NCBI GenBank assembly: GCA_013374855.1
Contig: CP055308.1
Span: 337,833 to 401,832 of the forward strand
DNA from: Candidatus Woesebacteria bacterium
GTDB lineage: Bacteria; Patescibacteriota; Microgenomatia; UBA8517
Reading direction: 5' to 3'
DNA: 64,000 bases
A program made the position numbers and the translations under genes. Below are positions 39,019 through 47,810 of the stretch, piece by piece. Within the stretch, counting starts at the first letter, position 1; every line of letters starts with the position of its first letter. The notes below the pieces were generated by a model. That model was not told where the DNA came from. It saw only the letters and a list, made by a program, of their open reading frames with translations, and did not search any database.

Positions 39019-39654
39019 ATGCAGACAATAGGAAGTTTTCTTAAAAAAGAAAGAATATCTCGTAAAGTTTCTCTTGAGGATTTGGAGAGAAAAACTAGAA
39101 TTAGAAAGGAAATCCTAGAGTTGATAGAAAAGGAAAAATGGGATTCTTTGCCTGAATACCCAGTTGTTTTAGGTTTTGTAAAGAATATTTCCAAGAGTCT
39201 AAAGCTAGAAGTAAATAAAGCTGTTGCGCTTTTAAGAAGAGACTATCCCCCTAAGATAATTTCTTTAAAAAAGCAGGAACCGGTCGTTTCTTTAAAGAAA
39301 GGTTTTATTTGGGGTCCTAAAACAACTTTTATTTTTGTGTCAGTTTTGGTTGGAGTTTTAATATTATCTTACATATTATACCAATTGAGATTATTTTATA
39401 GCCCACCCTATTTGGAAATTTATACTCCAAAAGATGGACAGGTCTTGAATATTAGTGAAGTTGAAGTTACTGGTAAGGCTAATCCTCAAGCTACTGTGGA
39501 AGTGAATGATTTCCCTGTTGAATTATCGAAGGATGGTTATTTTAGATTTGGGTTATCTTTGGAAGAGGGAAATCAGGTCATAACTGTAAGAGCTAAATCA
39601 AGATCAGGAAAAGTTAAGGAAGTTATTCGAAGTGTGATTGTAGAACGAAAATAG
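39019..39654 (+). CDS. RodZ-like HTH-TM-Ig protein
   Basis: TIGSFLKKER...SLEDLERKTRIR...IE (RodZ-type HTH), TM, C-terminal Ig-like LEEGNQVITVRA; follows ftsK. Confidence 0.75.
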   Translation: MQTIGSFLKKERISRKVSLEDLERKTRIRKEILELIEKEKWDSLPEYPVVLGFVKNISKSLKLEVNKAVALLRRDYPPKIISLKKQEPVVSLKKGFIWGPKTTFIFVSVLVGVLILSYILYQLRLFYSPPYLEIYTPKDGQVLNISEVEVTGKANPQATVEVNDFPVELSKDGYFRFGLSLEEGNQVITVRAKSRSGKVKEVIRSVIVERK

Positions 39655-39668
39655 GATTTTATTAATTT

Positions 39669-39905
39669 ATGGATACCGCTCAAAAGGTTCTTACATTTGT
39701 GGCAATTTCTCTAACTGTTCTTTTTTTGGTGGTTGGACTGCAAGTTTTTTTGATAATTCTTGATTTAAGAAAAGCAATCAAGCGACTAAATGCAATTCTT
39801 GAAGATGCAATTTTGGGTGGTGGTTTGATAAGACCGGATAAACTTACAGGAGTTTTGGAAATGTTGAGGAAAAGTAAGAAAATAGAGTCACATGGAGAGA
39901 TTTGA
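39669..39905 (+). CDS. Small membrane protein
   Basis: 78 aa, N-terminal TM plus short coiled coil; operonic spacing. Confidence 0.65.
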   Translation: MDTAQKVLTFVAISLTVLFLVVGLQVFLIILDLRKAIKRLNAILEDAILGGGLIRPDKLTGVLEMLRKSKKIESHGEI

Positions 39906-39908
39906 TTT

Positions 39909-41720
39909 ATGATAACAACTGACGAAATTAGAGAAAAATACTTGAACTTTTTTAAAGAGAAGTCTCATTATGAGATACCAGCTTCTCCTCTTGTGCTTGA
40001 GGGAGATCCTACTACTCTTTTTACTTCTGCTGGAATGCAACCTTTGATACCTTACCTTAAAGGGGAACCTCATCCTAAAGGAAGGAGACTTTGCAATTCT
40101 CAGCCTTCCATCAGGCTTCAGGATATTGATGAGGTGGGTGACAATCGACATACCACCTTTTTTGAAATGCTTGGCAATTGGAGTTTGGGTGATTACTTTA
40201 AGAAGGAACAATTGGCTTGGTTTTGGGAATTTTTAACAGATATTCTTTCTCTCCCAAAGGATAAGCTTTATGTTTCTATCTTTGAAGGATTGAAAGATGA
40301 AAGGGGAAAAGTTGTTGTTCCCAAAGACGAGGAGTCTTACAAAGTCTGGCTTTCTTTGGGGGTGCCAGAAGAGAGAATATTTTTCTATGGATCAGAAAAA
40401 AATTGGTGGAGCAGATCGGGCGAGCCTATCTCTATGCCTGAAGGTGAAATAGGAGGGCCGGATTCTGAAGTATTCTATGATTTTGGTAAGCCGAGGCATG
40501 AAGGGTGTCATCCAAATTGCGATTGTGGCAGGTTTTTGGAAATAGGAAACTCTGTTTTTATGGAGTATGAGAAAAAAAATGGCAAGCTTGTTTTTTTGCC
40601 TGAGAAAAATGTGGATTTTGGTGGAGGGTTGGAGAGGCTTTCGATGGCAGCGAATAACATAGAAGATATTTTCTTGACCGATCCCTATTTAGGTGTAGTG
40701 CGTGCATTGGAGGGAATATCGGGCATAAAATATGATGACAATAATAGAAATAGGAGTTTTAGGGTAATTGCAGATCATCTGCGAGCATCAGTTAATATAT
40801 TATCTGAAGGTATCTATCCTTCAAACAAACTTCATGGATATGTTTTGAGGAGGCTTTTGAGAAGGTCGTTTTTGCATTTTTATTTCCTTTGTGGTTTTTC
40901 GGACTGGAAGTTGGACGAGATTGTCTTAACTTTGGAAAGTAATGAGAAGATAAAGAAGAATATTGAATTTGTTCAGGAATTGATTAAGGAGGAGGAATTG
41001 AAATTCAGAAGAATCTTGGATAGGGGGATAAAAATTATAGAAAAGGCAGTAAGGGATGGTGTAAAGATAGATGGCAAATTTGCTTTTGATCTTTATCAAA
41101 ATGAGGGTTTTCCTTGGGAGCTAACTTTGGAAATATCTCAAGAAAAGGGTTTGAATTTGGTTAGCGATGTTAAAGATCAATTCAAAAAGGAATTTGAGAA
41201 GCATCAAGAAATTTCAAGAAAGGCTTCTGTCGGTGTTTTTAAAGGAGGTTTGGCAGATCATTCATATGAGGTTGTAAAATTACACACTGCTACCCATCTT
41301 TTACACTCGGCATTAAGAAAAGTTTTGGGAGACTCTGTTTCGCAGAAGGGGTCGAATATTACTTCAGAAAGACTGCGATTTGATTTTTCTTTTCCTAGAA
41401 AACTTAGCGATGAAGAAATAAGGAAAGTTGAAACCTTGGTAAATAAAGTAATAACAGATAAGCTTCCTGTTTCTTGGGAAGAGAAGAAATTGGAAGATGC
41501 TATAGAGGAGGGAGCTCTTCATTTTTTTGCAGAAAAGTATGGAGATGTAGTTAAGGTTTACACAGTGGGTGATCCAAAGGGTGGGTATTTTTCTAAGGAG
41601 GTTTGTGGGGGGCCTCATGTAAAAAACACTTCAGAGTTGGGGTATGTTAGAATAATTAAACAAGAGAAGTTGGGGCAGACAGCTGTTCGTATTTATGCTG
41701 TAAATGAAGAAAAAAAGTAG
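39909..41720 (+). CDS. alaS: Alanine--tRNA ligase (lacks C-Ala domain)
   Basis: LFTSAGMQP, HTTFFEMLGNWS, IADHLRA; editing motifs HTATHLLH and CGGPHV; 603 aa. Confidence 0.96.
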   Translation: MITTDEIREKYLNFFKEKSHYEIPASPLVLEGDPTTLFTSAGMQPLIPYLKGEPHPKGRRLCNSQPSIRLQDIDEVGDNRHTTFFEMLGNWSLGDYFKKEQLAWFWEFLTDILSLPKDKLYVSIFEGLKDERGKVVVPKDEESYKVWLSLGVPEERIFFYGSEKNWWSRSGEPISMPEGEIGGPDSEVFYDFGKPRHEGCHPNCDCGRFLEIGNSVFMEYEKKNGKLVFLPEKNVDFGGGLERLSMAANNIEDIFLTDPYLGVVRALEGISGIKYDDNNRNRSFRVIADHLRASVNILSEGIYPSNKLHGYVLRRLLRRSFLHFYFLCGFSDWKLDEIVLTLESNEKIKKNIEFVQELIKEEELKFRRILDRGIKIIEKAVRDGVKIDGKFAFDLYQNEGFPWELTLEISQEKGLNLVSDVKDQFKKEFEKHQEISRKASVGVFKGGLADHSYEVVKLHTATHLLHSALRKVLGDSVSQKGSNITSERLRFDFSFPRKLSDEEIRKVETLVNKVITDKLPVSWEEKKLEDAIEEGALHFFAEKYGDVVKVYTVGDPKGGYFSKEVCGGPHVKNTSELGYVRIIKQEKLGQTAVRIYAVNEEKK

Positions 41721-43991
41721 ATGGATCTAAAAAGATTTGTGTCTCCCAAAAAGGAAGTTGAAGAGAAGTACTGGTCTGTCGTTATAGAGCCGGATTGGGT
41801 TCAAAGTGGAATCTGGATTGCTCAAGACGGCAAAGTGGAAGTGCTTTCTTTTAGCAAACCTTTGCCATGGAGCGGCGAGGAAAATCTGGTAGATGTAGTT
41901 GATTCTTCCCTTTCGGTTTCTGTTGGTAATTTGGCAGAAGATGATTTGGAAATATCGAAAACTGTTTTTGGGCTTTCGTCGTCTTGGGTAACTCCTGATG
42001 GAGGAATCAAACAAGAATATCAAGACCTAATTAAGAATGTTTGTCAGGAGCTGTCTCTAAAGCCTGTGGGCTTTGTGGTTTTAAGTGAAGCTTTAGCTTT
42101 TTATTTTAAGTCAGAAGAGAAAGTTCCACTTAATGCTATTATTGTTGGTTTGGGAGAGAAAAATGTGTCTGTTTCTCTTTTTATTGAAGGGGTGAACAAG
42201 GGTGAGGTAATAGTCTCTAGAAGTCTCTCGGTAACTGACGATATTGCTGAAGGCCTTTCTCGGTTCTTGCAAGTTTCCTCTTTTCCTCCAAGAATTCTCC
42301 TTTTTAATGGTCGTGAGGGAGAGTTAGAAGATGTGTTGCAAGAGATAACATCAGTTGATTGGTCTGGGTTTGAGGGAATTAGTTTTTTGCATCTTCCCAA
42401 GGTAGAGGTAATTGATCTTGAAGAGAAAATAAAAGCGGTTTCGCTTGCTGGGGGAGTTGAGCTTTTGGGGGCAACTTCTGTGTTAATAAAAGAAGCAGGA
42501 AAAGAAGTTTCTTTTGATGTTGAGAAGGAAATAGGTTTGGCGGAAAGCAAGGAAACTGATGATTCTGGTTATCAGGATGAGAAGTCTTTGCAGGGGGATA
42601 ATTTTTCTTCTGTTGAAGGTGATGTTGGGTTTGTGGTTGATAAAGACATAAAAGAGATTGGAGAGAAGGTGATAGGGAAACAAATTTCTCGGGATGGTTT
42701 TAAGGAAAATTTTAAAGAAATTGATGGTGGTTTTGAAGAAGGTTTTCAGCCAGTTAGAACTGAATTGCCAGGAGGAGATATGTTTGAAAAAAATCTTGGT
42801 AAGAGAGGATTTATATTTCGGAATATTTTTAAAAAACAACTTTCATCTATTTCACTTTTTTCTTATAAAACACCAATCTTGGTTGGTATTGTTACTTTCA
42901 TACTGGTTTTTCTGGGTTTTTTTGTGGCGTGGTGGTTTTTACCGAAAGCTTCGGTTATAGTCTATCTTTCGCCTAAAAAGATAGAAAGTAAACAAGAGGT
43001 TGTTTTTGATGCAACAGCCAAGGATGTTGATTTGAGGGCAAAAACTATTCCTTCCAATTTAATCAAAAGAGAACAATCGGGAGAAAAGACAATACCAACC
43101 TCAGGTACAAAGCTAACGGGCGAGAAAGCAAAGGGTAAGATTGTGATATATCGAACCGGTTCTCAGTTGTCTTTAGATAAGGGAACGAAAGTCCAGAATT
43201 CATCAGGGCTTACCTTTGTTTTGGATGAAGATGTTACAGTTGCAAGCGGAAGCGCATCTTCACCAGCAAAAACAGAAGCTCAAGTAACGGCTGCAGATAT
43301 TGGGTCGGAATATAATCTAGCTTCCGGTGAATCCTTTACCATTGGCAATTATCCCTCGAGTGAGATTGAAGCCAAAAATGAAGAGTCTTTTAGTGGTGGT
43401 TCAAGTAGAGAAATTAGCTCTGTATCCTCTGCCGATTATGATAATGTGCTTTCTGAATTAAAGAAGGAGCTGAGAGACAAGGCAATTTCTGCTATTAAGA
43501 GTTCGCTTTCTTCAGATGATTATTTGATAGAAGAAACTTTAATTGAGAATGAAAAGCAGAAAGTTTATGATCATAAGATAGGTGACGAAGCAACTAGCCT
43601 AAAACTTAGCTTAACAATGGAGTTTTCTGCTTTTTCTTTCAAGAAGTATGATATGTTTGAATTTTCAAAGGAAATCTTGAAGGATCAAATTACTTCTGGA
43701 TATGTGTTAAGGGAAGGACAGTTGTCTTTAGGTTTTGATGTCAAAGAGATTAAAAATGATAAGGCTTTTATCTTGGCTTCATTTTCTGCAAATTTGTTAC
43801 CCGCTATTGACGCTGATCAAATAAAGAAAAAAATTGTGGGAAGAAAAATTAAGTTTGTTGAAGATTATTTAATAAAAGAGTCGGGTTACGAAAAGGTTAA
43901 GATTGATATTGTTCCTGGTATTTTTAACAGATTTGGGTTTCTACCCCATGTCTCAAATAATATAGAAGTTGGATTTGAATCCTCGCGTTAG
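41721..43991 (+). CDS. Bitopic protein: FtsA/PilM-like cytoplasmic domain, acidic linker, TM, baseplate J-like extracellular region
   Basis: N-terminal VFGLSSSWV...LSLKPVGFVVLSEALA...IIVGLGEKNVSVSLF; TM near residue 395; GEKAKGKIVIY...GTKV...GLTFVLDEDVTV...VTAADIGSEYNL...FSGGS. Confidence 0.55.
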   Translation: MDLKRFVSPKKEVEEKYWSVVIEPDWVQSGIWIAQDGKVEVLSFSKPLPWSGEENLVDVVDSSLSVSVGNLAEDDLEISKTVFGLSSSWVTPDGGIKQEYQDLIKNVCQELSLKPVGFVVLSEALAFYFKSEEKVPLNAIIVGLGEKNVSVSLFIEGVNKGEVIVSRSLSVTDDIAEGLSRFLQVSSFPPRILLFNGREGELEDVLQEITSVDWSGFEGISFLHLPKVEVIDLEEKIKAVSLAGGVELLGATSVLIKEAGKEVSFDVEKEIGLAESKETDDSGYQDEKSLQGDNFSSVEGDVGFVVDKDIKEIGEKVIGKQISRDGFKENFKEIDGGFEEGFQPVRTELPGGDMFEKNLGKRGFIFRNIFKKQLSSISLFSYKTPILVGIVTFILVFLGFFVAWWFLPKASVIVYLSPKKIESKQEVVFDATAKDVDLRAKTIPSNLIKREQSGEKTIPTSGTKLTGEKAKGKIVIYRTGSQLSLDKGTKVQNSSGLTFVLDEDVTVASGSASSPAKTEAQVTAADIGSEYNLASGESFTIGNYPSSEIEAKNEESFSGGSSREISSVSSADYDNVLSELKKELRDKAISAIKSSLSSDDYLIEETLIENEKQKVYDHKIGDEATSLKLSLTMEFSAFSFKKYDMFEFSKEILKDQITSGYVLREGQLSLGFDVKEIKNDKAFILASFSANLLPAIDADQIKKKIVGRKIKFVEDYLIKESGYEKVKIDIVPGIFNRFGFLPHVSNNIEVGFESSR

Positions 43992-44033
43992 TCTGATTTT
44001 GAAAAAATATTTGTTTTTGTTTAATATGTTTTT

Positions 44034-44744
44034 GTGATTGATATGAACTTACCCAAGAAAACTTTATTAAGACTTGTTTTTTCTTTTTTGCTTGGTCTAG
44101 TTGGAGTTTTGATATTGGGTTTCACTCTATATCCTATAATTTCTTATGAATTAAATAATAGGAGCAGTCTATCTGGTTTATTATCTCCTGTGGTAGAGGA
44201 GGATGTGGATATCTTTTATGAAAAGGATTACACAAAGGCAAGTAACTGGTTTGTAGGTGGAGCGAAGATAGAGGATTTTTCTTTGCCTAAAGTAGCTTTT
44301 TATAATCTATCTATCCCGAAGCTTAGGATTGAGGATGCAGTTGTTGCAATAGGAGGAGAGGATCTTAATGAGCACCTAATCCAATATCCGGGTACTGCTT
44401 TGCCTGGGCAAGTTGGGAATGCGGTTATATTTGGTCACTCAATTTTACCCCGTTTTTATGATCCTAAAAATTACATTTCTATCTTCTCGCTCTTACCTAC
44501 TCTTGAAAAGGGAGATTCTATTTTTGTTGTTTATGATGGTATCGAATATTTGTATAAGGTTGAGGATATGTTTGAGGTCACCCCAAACGATATTCAAGTC
44601 TTGGAGCAAAATCGTTCTGACTCTTATCTTACGCTTGTAACCTGCACTCCACCTGGAGATCCTCGAAAGCCAAAAAGGCTGATTGTAAGAGCAAAGATAG
44701 TTTCCAATCAAGCGAATAAGCAGACAGAGAATCTTAACATATGA
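44034..44744 (+). CDS. Sortase (class D/E-like)
   Basis: N-terminal TM; LSIPKL; PGQVGNAVIFGHS (His); LTLVTCTPPG (Cys); KRLIVRA (Arg). Confidence 0.93.
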   Translation: MIDMNLPKKTLLRLVFSFLLGLVGVLILGFTLYPIISYELNNRSSLSGLLSPVVEEDVDIFYEKDYTKASNWFVGGAKIEDFSLPKVAFYNLSIPKLRIEDAVVAIGGEDLNEHLIQYPGTALPGQVGNAVIFGHSILPRFYDPKNYISIFSLLPTLEKGDSIFVVYDGIEYLYKVEDMFEVTPNDIQVLEQNRSDSYLTLVTCTPPGDPRKPKRLIVRAKIVSNQANKQTENLNI

Positions 44745-45121
44745 GGACTTTGGGCATTGATTTTGGTAAATCGAAGGTAGGACTGGCAATTTGCGAAGTA
44801 GACTTGCCTTATCCATTTGGGGTTTTGAAGTTCAGGAATGAAGAGGATTTGTTGGAGAAAATATTAAAGATTGTAGAAGAGGAAAAAATAGAAAGAGTGG
44901 TTGTTGGTGTTTCTGAGGGTAAGATGGGAGAGGAAGCATCCATTTTTGCCGATAAGCTAAAGGAGAGTCTTTCGGTTCCTGTTGTGTTGCAAGATGAGAC
45001 GTTGACGACACATGATGCTAAATATCTTTCTATAGAGGCAGGGATTAGCAGGAAGAAAAGGAAGAAAATGGAAGATGCTTATGCTGCTTGTTTGATTCTG
45101 GAAAAATATTTAAGATCTTGA
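44741..45121 (+). CDS. yqgF: YqgF/RuvX pre-16S rRNA nuclease
   Basis: LGIDFGKSKVGLA, VVVG, DETLTT, DAYAACLIL. Confidence 0.92.
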   Translation: MRTLGIDFGKSKVGLAICEVDLPYPFGVLKFRNEEDLLEKILKIVEEEKIERVVVGVSEGKMGEEASIFADKLKESLSVPVVLQDETLTTHDAKYLSIEAGISRKKRKKMEDAYAACLILEKYLRS

Positions 45122-45141
45122 TGGCTGAGTTTTAGTCTTAT

Positions 45142-47565
45142 ATGGGCTTTTCTAAAAGGCTATTGTTAGTTGTCTTTTCTCTGTTATTGGTTTGTTTGTT
45201 CTCTGGCTCAGTTGCCCTAGCTAGGGAGTATCAGGAGATAATATTTAAAGATGATTTCAGAAACCTGTCTTCTTGGAACGCCTCTTTTGAACTTCCGAAC
45301 AGGGCGATGGTAGACGACTCACTGGGCTTTAGAAGTAATACTAGCTTGCTTATTGACTATGTTGAGGCGAAGGGTATTGTTAACTTAACTAAAGATCTTG
45401 GTAGTTCTTATTCCAATGTTTTAACCAGGGTTTTCTTCTACGACGATATGGATAACAGCTTGGGAACAATTGTTACCGTAAGTTCTGATAATAAACAACC
45501 TGGTTCCAACATCCCCTTCCATACAGGTATAGGTGTTATTACCAGTATATCTGATGATTATTATGTGGTGCGTCATAACGCTCTCGCAAACACTTTTGTA
45601 ACAGATATCAAAAGGAGTCGTGGTTGGCATATGTTTGAATTTGTAATTACTGATTTGGGGGTCTATTGCAAAATAGATAATGAGCTTGTGTTTAAGGAAG
45701 AAGGGAAAGATAAATTCTCTCCCCTTGTAAATAAAGATCAGAAAAGTCTAAAGCAGTTAGGAATAGTTTCTACGTGGGGTTTGACGGGTAAGGCTTGGTA
45801 TGACGAGATGTCTGTTATCAAGCCTTTTGATGGTGATTGGAAAAAATACCCCAAAATCTTATCCGCTTATCACTATGATATCTATAAGGATGTGGAATTC
45901 TCTAATCTATTTGATAGACCTTTATCTGATGATAATACGCTTCGTGCTCTTCTTGATACTTCTGCTGCATTTTATATTTATGGAAAATTGGAAAATGACG
46001 CGGATGCTGTGGGCAGAAGTTTGGAATTGTTTGGAAAGGTATTAAATGATGCGCGTTGGCGGAAAAGTGATGACTGGCAATTGGGAATAAAGATGGGCCT
46101 TCTGTTGCAGAACTCTGCGTTTATGTGGGAGGATCTTGACCCTCACGCTAGAGCTAAAGTGGTTGGTCTAGCTTACGATCGGCTGTACGAATATCTTAAC
46201 CCAAGTTATCAGTTCAGAGATCCTAAGAGTGGTTATGTATATGATTCAAAAGCTGAGGAAAACTCTTGGCATGCTTATTTCTTGGCACAGGCAGCTAACT
46301 ATTTGCCTGATTTTCCAGAAAAAGAGAGAATCGAAGAAAAAGCTCGTTGTTTCGCTTTCCATTCCATTACAACAGGGGAATCTAGATGTGGATTGACAAC
46401 GCAGACTGTTTATAAGGATTTCTCGTTGGAAAATCATGGTTTTCCACACCCTGTTTATGCAATAGCGACCATCCATCAGCTTGCAATGGGCGCATTGTCT
46501 TACGAGAGGGTGGGTAAACCGATACCGGGGGAGTTTATGCACAATGTTGTCAATCTCTATGAAAGATTCATTGAGGAACGGTTAGACTTGGGATCGTTTC
46601 ATACTAAGAATTCCCCCAAACCTGATTGGCTAGGAGCGCACAGGTCTTTATTCGTTAGCTCAGTTGGTTTTGAGTATTTGAGAAGGCTGGGGGTTAATCT
46701 GCGTTTTAATACTGAAGATGTTTTCAGAAAAATGAGTATCTTCTACTACGGTGTTCCTTGTGTCTGGATTGTAGATATGCAACAGCAGCAAAAGAATCCA
46801 GAACTGTTTCGTCTGGCTATGTTTTTGAATTCTATTTACGCTGGTGGTTATGCTAGTGCAGTTTCTACTGTGTTTGCCAATGAAGGATATTCTCTCTTTC
46901 CCCTCAAAGTCTGTGAAGATAATATATTCAATGAAAAGGTCTGGACTTCTGGTGGTGGCATAAATTGGAATTGTGACAGCAATGTTAAAAAGGTTGGTAA
47001 TACTTCTATTGTTATAAATTCTGATAACCCTGTTGATGCAGAGCTTTATTCTCCTTTGATTGAAGTTACGCCAAACAAGGAGTACTCTGTTTCATATTGG
47101 GTTAAAACACAAAATCTTCAGCCATCTGATTCAAAGGTATATGGAAGGATTATAGTAGCTCAGTATAAAGATGGAGTAAGGGAAATAGATGATGTATCAA
47201 CTGACAAAAGGATAGATACTGGATTTTCTCTAGGAGAGAATGTTTCAGGAACAACTGACTGGATTAAGAAAAGCTATACTTTCAAGACAACAGGTCAAAC
47301 AAAATACATAAGGTTAAGAGCACCACTTGGTCTTCAAGGAAAAGCAAAAGGCAAAGTGTATTTTGATGACATAGTTGTAAAAGCCAAAGATACAACATCA
47401 GACTTAAACAACGATGGCAAAGTAGATATTTTTGACTACAACATACTAATCTCAAACTTTGGAAAAACAGGCTCTCCTGGATGGATACCAGCAGATATTA
47501 ACAAAGATGGCAAAGTGGATATCTTTGACTATAATATTCTTGTAGGGGAGTTTGGAAGTGATTAG
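45142..47565 (+). CDS. Secreted multidomain protein, paralog of 22665-26063, with CBM-like domain and dockerin
   Basis: Sec signal ...VALA; IIFKDDF; last ~219 aa identical to the 1132-aa protein except for the final 2-3 residues. Confidence 0.75.
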   Translation: MGFSKRLLLVVFSLLLVCLFSGSVALAREYQEIIFKDDFRNLSSWNASFELPNRAMVDDSLGFRSNTSLLIDYVEAKGIVNLTKDLGSSYSNVLTRVFFYDDMDNSLGTIVTVSSDNKQPGSNIPFHTGIGVITSISDDYYVVRHNALANTFVTDIKRSRGWHMFEFVITDLGVYCKIDNELVFKEEGKDKFSPLVNKDQKSLKQLGIVSTWGLTGKAWYDEMSVIKPFDGDWKKYPKILSAYHYDIYKDVEFSNLFDRPLSDDNTLRALLDTSAAFYIYGKLENDADAVGRSLELFGKVLNDARWRKSDDWQLGIKMGLLLQNSAFMWEDLDPHARAKVVGLAYDRLYEYLNPSYQFRDPKSGYVYDSKAEENSWHAYFLAQAANYLPDFPEKERIEEKARCFAFHSITTGESRCGLTTQTVYKDFSLENHGFPHPVYAIATIHQLAMGALSYERVGKPIPGEFMHNVVNLYERFIEERLDLGSFHTKNSPKPDWLGAHRSLFVSSVGFEYLRRLGVNLRFNTEDVFRKMSIFYYGVPCVWIVDMQQQQKNPELFRLAMFLNSIYAGGYASAVSTVFANEGYSLFPLKVCEDNIFNEKVWTSGGGINWNCDSNVKKVGNTSIVINSDNPVDAELYSPLIEVTPNKEYSVSYWVKTQNLQPSDSKVYGRIIVAQYKDGVREIDDVSTDKRIDTGFSLGENVSGTTDWIKKSYTFKTTGQTKYIRLRAPLGLQGKAKGKVYFDDIVVKAKDTTSDLNNDGKVDIFDYNILISNFGKTGSPGWIPADINKDGKVDIFDYNILVGEFGSD
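46898..47557 (+). repeat. 660-bp direct repeat, copy 2
   Basis: Matches 25393-26052. Confidence 0.95.
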
Positions 47566-47602
47566 CACTTGTTATTTATTAATGTTTGTGCTAACTTGAA
47601 TT

Positions 47603-47803
47603 ATGTTCAAAAACGTTATAGCTCCCATTCAGGCTTGGCTTTTGTCTCAAGGCAGGTGTGTGGGTTGTGGCAAGCCTCTTTCCAAGGGCAAAAGGGAGGG
47701 CCATATCCAGGGAACGGAAAAAGTAACCTGTTCCTGTGGTAGAATCTTTATCTATAACCCCAAAACAAAGTCTTACAGAAGGGCCCTTATAGAAGAAGTT
47801 TAA
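47603..47803 (+). CDS. Small zinc-ribbon protein
   Basis: 66 aa; CVGCG...CSCGR. Confidence 0.7.
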   Translation: MFKNVIAPIQAWLLSQGRCVGCGKPLSKGKREGHIQGTEKVTCSCGRIFIYNPKTKSYRRALIEEV

Positions 47804-47810
47804 CTTCTCC

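Noticed and set aside
41721-43991. Baseplate-J-like region as evidence of a prophage or contractile injection system
   Set aside because: No sheath, tube, spike, terminase or integrase genes; embedded among housekeeping genes.
25393-47557. 660-bp repeat as a diversity-generating retroelement TR/VR pair or an IS
   Set aside because: No adenine-specific mismatches, both copies are in-frame coding, and no reverse transcriptase, transposase or convincing terminal inverted repeats are in the window.
47562-47594. ttagcac…gtgctaa as a third CIRCE
   Set aside because: The 7-bp arms are 19 nt apart rather than 13, and the downstream genes are not chaperones; the right arm may simply be an extended -10.
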